This document shows positions 13,776 through 29,113 of a DNA stretch of 64,000 nt, in pieces. Position 1 is the stretch's first letter; every line of letters begins with the position of its first letter. The stretch comes from Octopus vulgaris. Lineage: Eukaryota. The notes under the pieces were generated by a model, which saw only the letters and a program-made list of their open reading frames with translations, made no database searches and was not told where the DNA came from. Position numbers and translations under genes: made by a program. Where the stretch lies: the NCBI GenBank assembly GCA_951406725.2, contig OX597828.1, positions 41,416,001 to 41,480,000 on the forward strand, written 5' to 3'.

Positions 13776-13979
13776 TATTGTATATTGAGTAAAAGGAGGC
13801 AGTCAGAATTTGGATGATTCTTTATTAGCGCTTTCGTTCGTTTAACCGAACTCTTCAGGACAAATATTACAACTATTTTGGTTTTCATTTTTGTCTTGAA
13901 GAGTTTCTTGAGACGAGCGAAAGTGGTACTAAAGAGTTATCCAAAATTCTGACAGCCTCCTTTTACTCAATATACAATA
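13776..13979. repeat. Fold-back element with a hammerhead motif in each arm
   Basis: tattgtatattgagtaaaaggagg.. pairs with ..cctccttttactcaatatacaata. Confidence 0.85.
13821..13864 (-). ncRNA. Minimal type I hammerhead ribozyme
   Basis: Minus: tttgtc-CTGAAGA-gttcg gttaaa cgaac-GAAA-gcgc-TA-ataaa; perfect 5-bp stem II, palindromic AGCGCT stem III, imperfect stem I. Confidence 0.78.
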
Positions 13980-14024
13980 CTTGAGTTATCCAAAATACCA
14001 AAATACGTTATGCATGATAGTTGG

Positions 14025-14103
<79 letters not shown>

Positions 14104-14106
<3 letters not shown>

Positions 14107-14255
14107 GCGCTTGGCTTAGATTTTCCTTGGGGCTGGTCAGATCGGAGCAATCTCAAGATTAATCAGCCGAAATTGCGAGGATGATCCGGTTCTTGACTGA
14201 AGATTGTGTTTTTGTATCATCTTCTAAATGTTTTGCGTTCTTGTCCCAGTTTGTA

Positions 14256-14305
<50 letters not shown>

Positions 14306-14332
14306 ACAGACACACAGACACACAGACACCCA

Positions 14333-14380
<48 letters not shown>

Positions 14381-14625
14381 TATATATATATATATATATA
14401 TAATACAAAATGGGACAAGAACGCAAAACATCCGGATAACTAGGTGATACAAAAAAGGACAACAAAACATCCAGATAGACGATACAAAAAAACAAGGACG
14501 GGTCATTCGAAGCCTTTTATCCTAAGTCAAGAACCGGATCATCCTCGCAATTTCGGCTGATTAATTTTGAGATCACTCCAATCTGGCCAACCCCAAGGAA
14601 AAGCTAAGCTAAGAGCATTAGATTC
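14104..14625. repeat. Inverted pair of a pLTR-like repeat separated by (CA)n/(TA)n
   Basis: 14104-14257 is the reverse complement of ~14402-14625; a diverged relative lies at ~12860-13080. Confidence 0.75.
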
Positions 14626-15771
14626 CTTGGAAAAAAGCATCGAATGTATACGAAAAGAAGGACGGAAAACAGACGATGTTACACGAATATAAATACAAAA
14701 ATACAATAAATATACAATAAATACAAAAATACGAAAAAAAAAATAATAACAGGACATAGCAACAGGCGTCTTTCGACTGGGGACGAATTGAATTCAGCTG
14801 GCGTGTGTGGAAATGAAGCCTTACGGTAGAGATACAAAACTTTCACGAACACAGGGAAGAATATCGATGTGTGCATGTGTGTGTGTGACAGTGTGTGTAT
14901 GTGTGTGTGACAGTGTGTGTGTGTGTGTGTGACAGTGTGCGTGTGTGACAGTGTGTGTGTGTGAGTGCTTGTGTTTGTGCCTGCAACACCGCTACTAGAC
15001 AACCGGTTTCGGTTTGTTTTCATACCTGTAACTTAGCGGTTCAGTGATTAGGGATTGATTGAGTAAGTATCTGACTTCAATAGAAAATGATTAATGGGAT
15101 CGATTTGTTCGACCAAACCCTTCAAGGAGGTGCCCCAGCATGGCCGCTGTCCAGAAGACTGAAACAGGTAAAAGATAAAACATGTATATGTGTTTGTGTG
15201 AGTGTGTATGTGTGTGTTTGTACATGTGTCTGCGAGTATATGCGTGTATGTGTGTGCGTGCATGTGCGTGAGTGTGTGCGTGCGTGTGTATCTGTGTGTG
15301 CATGTGTATATATGCGGTGTGTTTATGTGCATTTGTGTATGTGTGTGCGTGTGTGCATGTGCGAATGCTGTATGTGTTTGCGTGCGTGTGTGTATGCATG
15401 TGTATGTGACGTGTGTATGTGCATGTGTGTGTATGTGCGTGTTCATGTGCGTGTGGATGTGTGTATGTGTATGTGTGTTTGTGTGTGTGTATGCGCGCGT
15501 GCGTGTAATAGTTCCTGTAACTTGATTTTCATAATCTGTAAGTTTGTGGGAAAGCAGAACAGCTTGGAATGTCTATATTGGGGAATTCATGAAGTTGTGT
15601 ATCTACTGAAGCCTCATTTCTTTTAGATGTCTGAGTGTGTATGAATTTTAAAAAAGTTCTTTAGTGTGAAGACGGAGTAAGTAAGCTATTCATACTGTCT
15701 ACGAGTGTGTGTGTATGTGTGTGTGTGTGTGTGCGTGCGCATGTGTTCATAATAATCAACGTACTGTGAAA

Positions 15772-16475
<704 letters not shown>

Positions 16476-16599
16476 AATTTAACAATTAAGGATAAATTCT
16501 TAATAAGGAATTTTAACAAGAAATTATCAGGTAGTTAGCGTGAAAAACCTCATAAGAGAAAAAATTCGAAAATAATTTTTTCACTTGAAAATATTTATT

Positions 16600-16794
16600 T
16601 ATATTGTATAGAGGGCATTATTACACATAAATGCCACACACTAAGAGGGACATAAGTCATTACTACCAAAATTTAACTAATCATACCAAAATTTAACTAA
16701 TCATATCATTAGGTATGCTTAGTTAAATTTTGGTAGTAATGACTTATGTCCCTCTTAGTGTGTGGCATTTATGTGTAATAATGCCCTCTATACA

Positions 16795-16799
<5 letters not shown>
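16600..16799. repeat. Fold-back palindrome next to (TA)n
   Basis: ~80-bp perfect arms; the centre has two copies of taccaaaatttaactaatca. Confidence 0.9.
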
Positions 16800-16844
<45 letters not shown>

Positions 16845-16868
16845 AAAAATACATATATATATAAATAC

Positions 16869-16942
<74 letters not shown>

Positions 16943-17291
16943 ACATATATATGCACACACATAACACTCATGTTCACACACCAACACACACAAACTCACA
17001 CACACACACACACGCACATACTATTGAAGTGCTGTTATTTGTATTTCAACTGGTCTGCAAATTTTTGTGATTTGAAATAAGAAGTGTTCGATTTCGTTTC
17101 TCCTTCACGCCAGCTTTTCATTTGGCAACCATTGCCACAACCGTGCACCACTGCCGCCGCCTCACCACCTCTTCATCATCCTCTCTGCCTTAGTGAGATA
17201 AAAATTAATCAACCAATGGAAAGGCAAGACGGGTGGCAGAGCTGTTAGTGGTGTTGGTGGATAGAAGTGTGGGTGGTGGTGGCAGAAGGGT

Positions 17292-17520
17292 GGCGAGCTG
17301 GCAGAATCGTTAGCACGCCGGGCGAAATGCTCAGCGGTATTTCGTCTGCCGCTACGTTCTGATTTCAAATTCCGCCAAGGTCGACTTTGCCTTTCATCCT
17401 TTCGGGGTCGATAAGTTAAGTACCAGTTACGCACTGGGGTCGATGTAATCGACTTAATCCCTTTGTCTGTCCTTGTTTGTCCTCTCTTTGTTTAGCCCCT
17501 TGTGGGCAATAAAGAAATAA
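17292..17520 (+). mobile_element. tRNA-derived SINE family A (Meta-domain-like), full length
   Basis: GGCGAGCTGGCAGAA head, GTTCAAATTCC-type B box, central gtcgactttgcctttcatcctttcggggtcgataa..aagtaccag resembling the MetaSINE domain; about 10 copies in the window. Confidence 0.88.
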
Positions 17521-18863
17521 GTAAGGGTGGTGGTGGTGGATTTTGTGAATGTGATTGTGTGGTATTTGTGATGGCTGTTGTTGTTGTTGTGGCTGTGGTG
17601 GTGGTGGTGGTGGTGGTGATGGTTGTTCTGGTGGGGGTAGTAATTACTTTTATTGACTTCGCTTCCTGCATTGATGAAGTCCAGCAATGTAACAGGTGTT
17701 ACCGGACAGGTAAATACCGCAGGTAGTCCACTAGCGGCGGTGATGTTGTAGCTGACAGTGATTTTTGGTGGTGGTAGTGTCAATGCTGGTGGTAGTGGTT
17801 GGTGATGCTTGTTGTGGCGGTGGTGTTGGTGGTGGTCGTGTTGTAGGTGATGGTAATGATGGTGATAGAAACAGTTGCGGTGGCAGTTACCGGTGTTGGT
17901 GTTGGTAGTTGTTGTTGGTGGTGGTCTTTGTGAGGTTGACGGTAGCCCTGAGTAAACGAATGGAGATAGTGGTAGGTGCGAGTGGTTGTCGTTACGTGGG
18001 TATGTGGAGGAACAGATGTTGCGGGAGTCACGTGGAGATGGGTGGGTGTATGACAGTACGATTTTGAGGGGCGGGGTGGGCGGCAGCGGTGGGGCATTGG
18101 CGGCGGCAGTGATGGTGGTGGTGGTGGTGATGGTGGTGATGGTGGTGCGGTGGTGGTAACGGTGATGGTGGTAGAGGTGATGGTGGTAGAGGTGATGGTG
18201 GTGACGGTGATGGTGGAAATGGTGGTGATGATGATGATGGTAATGAGTACGTGTGAGGGAAGGAGGCAGGGAGGGAGAGAAAGAGAGGGAGAGAAAGAGA
18301 GGGCGAGAAAGAGAGAGAGAGGAAGAGAATGAGAGAGTGAGAAGGAGGGTATATAAGGTGTAATTTAGCAAGCAAAGCACGGAGGTGACGGCAATCGCGG
18401 TGGCGGTGCTGCTGCTGCTGATGACAGTGATGACAACAGTGGTGATGGAGACGGCGACGGCGGTGATGGAGACGGGGCAGTGGTGGCGGCGGTGGAGACT
18501 GTGGCGACGGTGGTTCTGACGGTTTTCGAATGTGGCATAGTGAGGACGTGTCGGTGAAACAGTCCGAATGTCACACGTGGTTACACAAACTCCTCAATTC
18601 GGATTTTATTAAAAGGAATGCCTTAGTTTGTCCACGGATACTCGTTGTTTGCGAGCATTAGAGAAAACTCTTTAGGTGTGGCGGTGGTGGTAGTAGGGGT
18701 CATCCATAGTTTATAGGTCCCCTTAAAATACACGAACCATCGAAGGAGCCTTTACACAATCGTTTGATAGAAATAGTAGCTAAGATCTCCCTCAAATCAC
18801 ATCCTTCCGACTTAAATAAAGTTATACTAGATAATGTAATCCTATATGTAGAAAAGGAAAAGA

Positions 18864-18895
<32 letters not shown>

Positions 18896-18959
18896 CCAAC
18901 CTACCCCCATCTCTAACCTCTCCTTAGACAGTATTACCTCCTCCATTCCTGAGAATATT

Positions 18960-19118
18960 CCCCATATTAATTGCCGCCCTGAGACCATCTGCGTTGCGGA
19001 ATTTATGAATGCACCGTCCTCAACACGTTACACAATTCTACGATCATATATATATAGGACCAACTATAAATTTTAAACAGCGATACACTGCGCATCTAAA
19101 TTCTTTTAGATATGAAAA
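18960..19118 (+). mobile_element. PLE GIY-YIG endonuclease fragment
   Basis: YIGPTINFKQRYTAHLNSFRYEK matches the YIG-T-FK-RY-H-SF motif of PLE endonucleases. Confidence 0.65.
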
Positions 19119-19172
19119 ACCCGGAACCATGTGGGTGGTAAGCAAGCTACTTACCACAAAGCCACACCTGCG

Positions 19173-19227
<55 letters not shown>

Positions 19228-20074
19228 GTATGTATATAGCCAGCCAATTCAAGGATATCTTATCCTCATTAGGGTTTAATAAACCCCAAATTTCACTGTT
19301 TTAATGATCATCACATTAGAAGAAAATTTCTACGTTGTGTTATGGATTATAATAGTTAAATTTAATAATATAAGAGAGAGATGAATATGTGTATTTAATT
19401 TATTTGCATCATAGTTTGTTTTTTAAGATGTAAATACAAATAAATTTCTTTTTTAAAACCACCATAGAAGACACAAAAACCTACATATATTTCGATTCTA
19501 GTCCATTGGTAATAAATTATTCAAAACATGGATTTAATCACAAGTTGTAAGTGGTAGAATCTCTTCAGGGTTTTGTTTTAATGATAACGAAGGCTACATC
19601 ATGTAGGGAGACTTGTGTGCATGGGCAACTGATAGATCTTCTACAAAATATCTTGCCCAGGGCGGCAAATGCAGGAGCTGATGCATAATAGATATTAGGC
19701 AAACGGCACCTTACTGAAAGATCTTAAAATTGAAATTAAAAAGGGGACGGGTGTCTTAAAAGGCAAACAAAAACTAAACAACACAAACAATGCTGATAAT
19801 AAATGGAGCTCTTGATATGATGGGAAAAAATCGGAATGAGACTACTGGGCGTAGTTGTCTGGACATTGACAATTTGGCACGGCTGGCTAGGCGTTCACCA
19901 TGTTTTAATCACATTACGTTTGGAGCCAAACACTCTCACACGCACGCGTAGGCGGAAATATATACATACAGAGTGTGTGCATGTATGTGTGTGCGTTTGT
20001 GTGTATGTGTAAGAGAGAAAGAGAGAGAGAGGGGGGTAGGGAGGGAGAGAGAGAATAGAGGAAAACATTACACA

Positions 20075-20413
20075 AGCGTGGCTGTGTGATAAGAAGCTTG
20101 CTTCCCAACCAAATGTTTCCGAGATCTGTCCCACTGCGTGGCATCTTAGGTAAGTGTCTTCTATTTTAGCCATGGGCCGACCAGAGCCTTGTATGTGGAT
20201 ATGGTAGACGAAAACTGAAAAGAAACTTATCGTGGAGTGGCTGTGTGGTAAGTAGCTTGCTTACCAACGACATGGTTCCGGGTTCAGTCCCACTGCACGG
20301 CACCTTGGGCAAGTGTCTTCTACTATAGCCTCGGGCCGACCAAAGCCTTGTGAGTGGATCTGGAAGATGGAAACTGAAAGAAGCCCGTCGTATTTATGTA
20401 TATAAATATATAT

Positions 20414-20473
<60 letters not shown>

Positions 20474-20708
20474 TGTGTATGTGTGTGTTTGTGTGTCTGT
20501 GTTTGTCCCCCCACCCCCCAAAACATCACTTGACAACTGATGTTGGTGCGTTTACGTCCTCGTAACTTAGCAGTTCGGCAAAATAGACCGATAGAAATAA
20601 GTACTAGGCTTACAAAGAATATGTCCTGGGTAGATTTGTTTGACTAAAAGGCGATGCTTCAGCATGGCCGCAGTCAAATGACTGAAACAAGTAAGAGAAT
20701 AAAAGAAT
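20075..20708 (+). mobile_element. Two adjacent SINE family B copies (older partial 20075-20232; full 20234-20708)
   Basis: The head is repeated, followed by a full body with its internal microsatellite. Confidence 0.88.
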
Positions 20709-21030
20709 GTGTGTGTCTGTGCTTATAATCATATAACGACAGATGGATAGTGTTCACTCACTACAGCTGTTACAGACGTGTTATTTATGGATGAACAGAG
20801 TTGTGTAGTTTATAAAGGAGAGTAATTAAGGCGACAGTCACCGTAATTATTCTCCATAAATAGGCAACAAACTAGTGAACGTATATCATTCTCTGGCCGA
20901 AGTTTGTCAGGGAATCATAAAATGGCACATACCTGGATTCATTGGAATTTTTTTTTTATTATAAATGTTTAACTCGTACATATGTTCACCTGGTGAAAAC
21001 GGTTTTTTGTCACATTATGTAATAACTCTA

Positions 21031-21603
21031 AGGCAGCGAGTTGGCAGAAACGTTAGCACACGGGGCGAAACGTTTAGCAGTATTTCGTCTTGTCTTTACG
21101 CTCTGAGTTCAAATTCCGCCGAGGCCGACTCTGCCTTTCATCCTTTCGGGGTCGATAAATTAAGTACCAGTTACGCACTGGGGTCGATGTAATCGACTTA
21201 ATACCTATGTCTGTCCTTGTTTGTCCGTTCTGTGTTTGGCCCCTTGTGGGTAATAAAGAAATAGGTATTTCGCCTGTTGTTACGTTCTGAGTTCAAATTC
21301 CGCCGAGGTCGACTTTGCCTTTCATCCTTTCGGGGTCGATAAATTAAGTACCAGTTACGCACTGGGGTCGATGTAATCGACTTAATACCTATGTCTGTCC
21401 TTGTTTGTCCGTTCTGTGTTTGGCCCCTTGTGGGTAATAAAGAAATAGGTATTTCGCCTGTTGTTACGTTCAGAGTTCAAATTCCGCCGAGGTCGACTCT
21501 GCCTTTCATCCTTTCGGGGTCGATAAATTAAGTATCAGTTGCGTACTGGGTCGATCTAATTGACTGGCCCCTCCACCAAAAGATTTCGGGCCTTGTGCCT
21601 AGA
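21031..21603 (+). mobile_element. SINE family A with internal 184-bp tandem triplication
   Basis: The unit restarts at 21264 and 21448 (ggtatttcgcctgttgttacgttc). Confidence 0.9.
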
Positions 21604-22285
21604 GGTGACGCCTAACAGGTGGCACCAAAACGGCTGTGCCAAGCGGTTGTGCCAAAATGTGCGGGCAAACATGCAAACTATACGAGCGCTCACGATATTA
21701 CATATCTTTCTTTAGAAAATAACTATACTACACAATATATTCTCATTCTGTAGAACAACTCAACCATTGCAGGGTTTGCATACAGCATGTTTCCTGTACA
21801 ATCCCCACCCACACACTTCTGCATTTGTGAAGACTGAAAGTATAATGTCCTTGCTTAACATGGTCCTATACGTATATAAAAATTATAATAATGAAGGATG
21901 TGAAGCAGAACAGATAACATGTCACGAAAAAACGGGTTAAAATATTCAGTGCAGTATAAGAATATAAAGAAAAGAACTCAGTCAAAATTGTGGGAAACTA
22001 CGCTGGTGAAATTCATGGTAACATACGACACATGAGTATTTTATACTCGAGTATTCCTTGCAGTCTCCCAACTGCCACCCACAAGCGTAATTCAAGAACT
22101 GTTCCACCCACGTTTCGAAGTAGACCCAAAGAATTGTAACAGGGTTATAGGCCCATCAACAGAGAATGATGTCATCTTCAATGGTAGGTATGGACTTGCT
22201 TCTCCAGGTGCCGAATTGCAAACTCACCGCTGGTTTTGTCTGGTACCTGAAAAGCTTATCGTGTATATATATATATTTATACATA

Positions 22286-22650
<365 letters not shown>

Positions 22651-22653
22651 GTC

Positions 22654-24185
<1,532 letters not shown>

Positions 24186-24345
24186 ATATTGTATCTAGGG
24201 GGAGTCATTCTCTTTTAGTACTTTATTATTTAACACATTCACCGGTTCGATTTCCACTCATTTACTTTTTTCTAAGATTTTCGTTGCGTCTTGCAACCTT
24301 TTCAATAGTCGTTGATCTGTCCGTAATCAGAGCTGCGTTCTATAT

Positions 24346-24688
24346 TCTTTTATTCTTTTACATGTTTCAGCCATTTGAATGCAACCGTGCTGAAGCAGCG
24401 CCTTTAGTCGAGCAAGTCGACTCCAGAACTTATTCTTGGTAAGCCTAGTACTTATTCTATCGGTCTCTTTTATCGAACCGCTAAGTTACGGGGACGTAAA
24501 AGCTCGGGGGACAACCACAGACACACAAACTCACACACACGCACATATATATGACGGGCTTCTTTCAGTTTCCGTCTATCATATCCACTCACAAGGCTTT
24601 GGTCGATCCAAAGCTATAGTAGATGACACTTGCCCAAGGTGCCACGCAGTGGGACTGAACCCGGAACAATGTGGTTGGGAAACAAGCT
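24346..24688 (-). mobile_element. SINE family B, internally deleted
   Basis: Reverse-complement match to 5207-5627. Confidence 0.82.
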
Positions 24689-24711
24689 ATATATATATAT
24701 GTAAATATATG

Positions 24712-24761
<50 letters not shown>

Positions 24762-24881
24762 ATATATGTGATACATATATGTATGTGTGTGTGTGTGTAT
24801 TTCTGCCTGCATTTGTCCTACCGCCAAGCTTGACAACCAGTGTTGGTTTGTTTACGTCCCAGTAGCTTAGCAGTTTGGCAA

Positions 24882-25385
24882 AAGCGGGACCTCTCCAACC
24901 ATAGATCCTCTTTCAAGACCCCGAAAAGGAGATACGCTGCGTCTTCAGCCAGCCATATATAGCGGCTGAAAAACGGCAGAACTCCACGCGTAATACCATG
25001 GAAGATCCGAGAAAATCCAGGCCCTTACATAAATGGGACCAAGCGTTGTAAACTGTGCATAGTGAAATGGATGAGAAAATTAACAGTCTCTCTCGACCCG
25101 GGGAACATCCTCAACTCCAGGACGGAGGTCTTCGGACCCTTCTTGCACTTCAGGAAATTTCTGCTGCTGTCCTGGGATCAACACCCCTAACATGGCCAAT
25201 TGATAGCGGTCAAAAAGAAACAATCCGTCGTTGACATAGAGTAACGAGGTTTCTTCCTGCCCCATTTTCTGGAGAGGCCACTTATAAGAGAAGACATGGG
25301 TCAACGGGCTTTGGGGGTCTGAAGAAACGGTGTAAAGCTAACAAGGTAACGCCATAAACCGGCCTTATCTAACTTTATCAATATA
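24882..25385 (+). mobile_element. PLE 3' end: GIY-YIG C-terminus plus 3' UTR with a decayed hammerhead
   Basis: Frame from 24882 reads NHRSSFK..SHI*RLK..WKIRENPGPYINGTKRCKLCI..NILNSRTEV..HFRKFLL; then ttt-CTGGAGA-ggcc..GAAA-cggtg-TA-aag at 25266-25337. Confidence 0.8.
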
Positions 25386-25401
25386 CTCTACTGCTCTATC
25401 A

Positions 25402-25790
25402 GTGGAGGCGCAATGGCCCAGTGGTTAGGGCAGCTGACTCGCGGTCATAGGATCGCGGTTTCGATTCCCAGACCGGGCGTTGTGAGTGTTTATTGAGCGA
25501 AAACACCTAAAAGCTCCACGAGGCTCCGGCAGGGGATGGTGGTGATCCCTGCTGTACTCTTTCACCACAACTTTCTCTCACTCTTACTTCCTGTTTCTGT
25601 TGTACCTGTATTTCAAGGGGCCGACCTTGTCACTCTCTGTGTCACGCTGAATATCCCCGAGAACTACGTTAAGGGTGCACGTGTCTGTGGAGTGCTCAAC
25701 CACTTACACGTTAATTTCACGAGCAGGCTGTTCCGTTGATTCGGATCAACCGGAACTGTCATCGTCGTAACCGACGGAGTGCTTCCATTC
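25402..25790 (+). mobile_element. tRNA(Arg)-derived SINE family C with 12-bp target-site duplication (TSD)
   Basis: tRNA-like head TGGCCCAGTGGTTAGG..TCG..TTCGATTCCC; TSD ACTGCTCTATCA at 25390-25401 and 25791-25802. Confidence 0.92.
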
Positions 25791-26694
25791 ACTGCTCTAT
25801 CACTCTATAAGAGTGTGCCTCTTTTTCGTATTTATGATTTATTGAATATATATGTGTGTATGTATATGTATGCACATATATGTGTGTGCCTGTGTGTTTG
25901 TGCGTGTCTGTGTGTTTATGAGATTTAAATCAAGTTGAAGAGACAGTTCGAGATTACAGTTTTTACCGTGATTTCAAGTAACTTATTTTCAAAATGGCAA
26001 TGAAGTACACTTGTAAAAATATTGCTTATATAACCCTAGAAGTGGAAGGTGACGTGAAGAGAATAATAAATGTAGAATAGGAAGGCGGGTGTCGAATTTA
26101 AAAGAGGGTGGGAATCGGGGTAGTTTAATAAGTCACGAAATTAGTCACGAATTTTGGATACAGAAGTTATTTACGTAGAAAAATTAAACTAAAATTGAGA
26201 GAAACATAATAAAATAGAATACTATAAACGAAAAAAACACAAATAGAAATTGCATACTAGGTGTACACGGCTTACATAAGAATAGATAAATAAAATAATG
26301 ATGCTTTGTGAAAATATACCAATACACAAAAGTAATTCGAGGGAGTGTCTGTGGATTTTATAGAAAGTCATTGAGGTGTATAAATTTGTATAATATATGT
26401 CTGAGTCGTGTGGTCTGTTTTGGTTTCTTTAGAAACAACGTCTATATCTGCAGTTAAATAAATGACGTTAGATTTTGTTTATCATTTCAACATTTTCTAT
26501 CCACAAGTACGCATTAGCGCTGTCATGGGCGAACTTCTTGAATGGTGCATTACTTTCTGAATGGCACGTCTAACGAAATATTTACCTTTTAAATCTTTTA
26601 TTCTTTTGCTTGTTTCAGTCATTTGACTGCGGCCATGCTGGAGCACCGCCCTGCGGGGTTTTTTTTTTAGTCGAAGAAATCGACCCCAGCGAGT

Positions 26695-27000
26695 GAGTGT
26701 ATTCTCAATCCATGATATGAAAGATCTTCCTGCAGGGTTGCAGTGTGGGAAATGCCTTGAAGGTTTTTTCGAAGTGAAACGTGTCTGGTGCTGTTGTCGT
26801 GGGTAATTGCTGAGGTTAGCAAGGACGACAGTGTAAGAATGCTGGAGTGATGCGTGAGACAGATGATTTTCTCTGTTAATTACGTGACCAAACAAGGGTC
26901 TAACAGTGGAAATTATGTCTAAACATGAGCGCAGAACATGTGAACATTCGACGTGCTTTGAGTTGGGAAAAGAATTGAGCTGACACAGACGTGTTGCAAA
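26695..27000 (-). mobile_element. Possible PLE ORF N-terminal remnant
   Basis: PLFGHVINRENHLSHAS.. loosely resembles Neptune-type PLE N-termini. Confidence 0.3.
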
Positions 27001-27426
27001 GCAAGGCAGTAGATGCATAATAGAGGTGCGTGTGCACGTGTGCAATAAGACTTGCAAGGCTGAGGCAGAAATGCTACTGCATTGATTACAAATATAGTGT
27101 GCAGTATTGAATATGCCAGTGATTAAGGCAGTGTTGAATATGCCAGCCGGTGCATGAGGTACTATATGCCTCGATCGTGCAGGAGCAAAAGCGTGGCATG
27201 CAGGCGCGTTGTAAGGGAGAAACAACTTTCTGTGTGTAGGCGTGACCGACGTAGGGTCTTACAGAGATAAGTTGTCTACAAGGGCGCATTGAGCATAAAA
27301 AAAACAAAGGCATGAGAAAGGCATGTGTGGGGCATGAATGTGACAGAGTTAGCATGTGTGCGTGTAACAATGTGTGCAGATGCATGCGCAAGGCCAAGTG
27401 CTGAAGAATCATGAGCATACTGGATG

Positions 27427-27600
27427 AACTGCTTAGCGGTATTTCGTCCGTTGCTACGTTCTGAGTTCAAATTCCGCCGAGGTCGACTTTCTTTTCATCC
27501 TTTCGCTATCGATAAATTAAGTACCAGTTGAGCACTGAGGGTCGATGTAATCGATTGGTCCCCCAACCCCTAAATTTCTGGCCTTGTGCCTGTAGTAAGT
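27427..27600 (+). mobile_element. SINE family A, 5'-truncated
   Basis: Matches the 17292 copy. Confidence 0.82.
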
Positions 27601-28314
27601 AGAATGGATTGTTATTATTCATTTTGTTCATCATGTACTGGTACGTGTGTATTCATCGTTATTTTATTTATTTTATTCAATTTCAGAAAGAAAAAAAATT
27701 GGAGCATGCCTTTGACAATTACGCAGTGTATTGAACTTATTTTGTACGTGACTTTTGGCCCACCCTGTATTTACTATAAATCTTTTTTGATCTTTATCCT
27801 GGCTTAATTATTCCCGAGTTAATAACTTCGATTTTTTTTGTTTGTATTTTACTCTGAATTACGGTTTCATTATTGCTTCCTTAAGGTTTCGTGTATTTGC
27901 GAACTTTCTGTAAGGGCTGGCAAATTTCCTCGATATTAGACGGTTTGTGGTTTATAACAATGGGGACCTTATCCTATTTTGAATGCTTTTCTTACTTGTG
28001 TTGACTTGGGTTGTATCGGTCAACACGAGTAAGGCTTTTTTTTCATTTCTATATCTTATACATACATAAATTCATACATATACATACAAGGATACGGATA
28101 CATACACATATGAATACATCCAAACACATATACACACAAACATACATACATGCATGCATGCATATATACATACATGTATGCATACATACAAACACATATA
28201 TACACAAACATACATAGATGCATGCATATATACATGCATGCATATATACATGCATGTATGCATGCATACAAACACATATATACATACGTTTAAGGTGGCG
28301 AGCTGGCAGGAAGG

Positions 28315-28541
28315 CGGCGAGCTGGCAGAAACGTTAGCACGCCGGGGGAAATGCTTAGCGGTATTTCGTCTGTCGTTACGTTCTGAGTTCAAATTCCGCC
28401 GAGGTCGAATTTGCCTTTCATCCTTTAGGGGTCGATAAATAAAGTACCAGTTTCGCACTGGGTCGATGCAATCGACTTAATCCCTTTGTCTGTCCTTGTT
28501 TGTCCCCTCTATGTTTAGCCCCTTGTGGGTAGTAAAGAAAT
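28315..28541 (+). mobile_element. SINE family A
   Basis: Full-length match to the 17292 copy, preceded by a duplicated head. Confidence 0.88.
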
Positions 28542-28720
28542 ATATATACATACGTCTAACTGGTTCACAAGGAGACAGAGATATCAAAATTACACGCTGT
28601 TTTTTGTTTATGGGTGACTTGAAACTATATGCAAAAAGTGTTCATAAAATGAAAAAGAACCTTGACTTGATTGCAACATTCTCAAAGGATACAGAGTTAG
28701 AGTTTGGTCAGGACAAATGT

Positions 28721-29113
28721 TACTCTCTTTACTTGTTTCGGTCATTTGACTGCGGCCATGCTGGAGCACCGCCTTTAGTCGAGCAAATCGACCCCAGGAC
28801 TTATTCATTGTAAGCCCAGTACTTATTCTATCGGTCTCTTTGGCCGAACCGCTAAGTTACGGGGACATAAACACACCAGCATCGGTTGTCAAGCAATGCT
28901 AGGGGGACAAACACAGACACACAAACACACACATGCATATATATACATATATACTACGGGCTTCTTTCAGTTTCCATCTACCAAATCCACTCACAAGGCT
29001 TTAGTCGGCCCGAGGCTATAGTAGAAGACACTTGCCCAAGGTGCCACGCAGTGGAACTGAACCAGGAGCCATGTGGTTGGTAGGCAAGCTACTTACCACA
29101 TAGCCACTCCTGC
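28721..29113 (-). mobile_element. SINE family B inserted in the LINE RT
   Basis: Full reverse-complement copy splitting the GQDKC|YMV region. Confidence 0.9.

Noticed and set aside
19265-19292. Hammerhead (CTCATTA-gggttt aat aaaccc-CAAA)
   Set aside because: Three core mismatches; at best a fossil.
21610-22260. Cys-rich coding remnant with repeated gccaaaa motifs
   Set aside because: No consistent frame or recognisable family.
24271-24306. Hammerhead on minus strand (TTGAAAA-ggttgc..gcaac-GAAA)
   Set aside because: Good stem II but two core changes and no stem I; not counted.
25402-25477. tRNA-Arg gene
   Set aside because: Acceptor stem is poor and the sequence continues into a SINE body bounded by a TSD.
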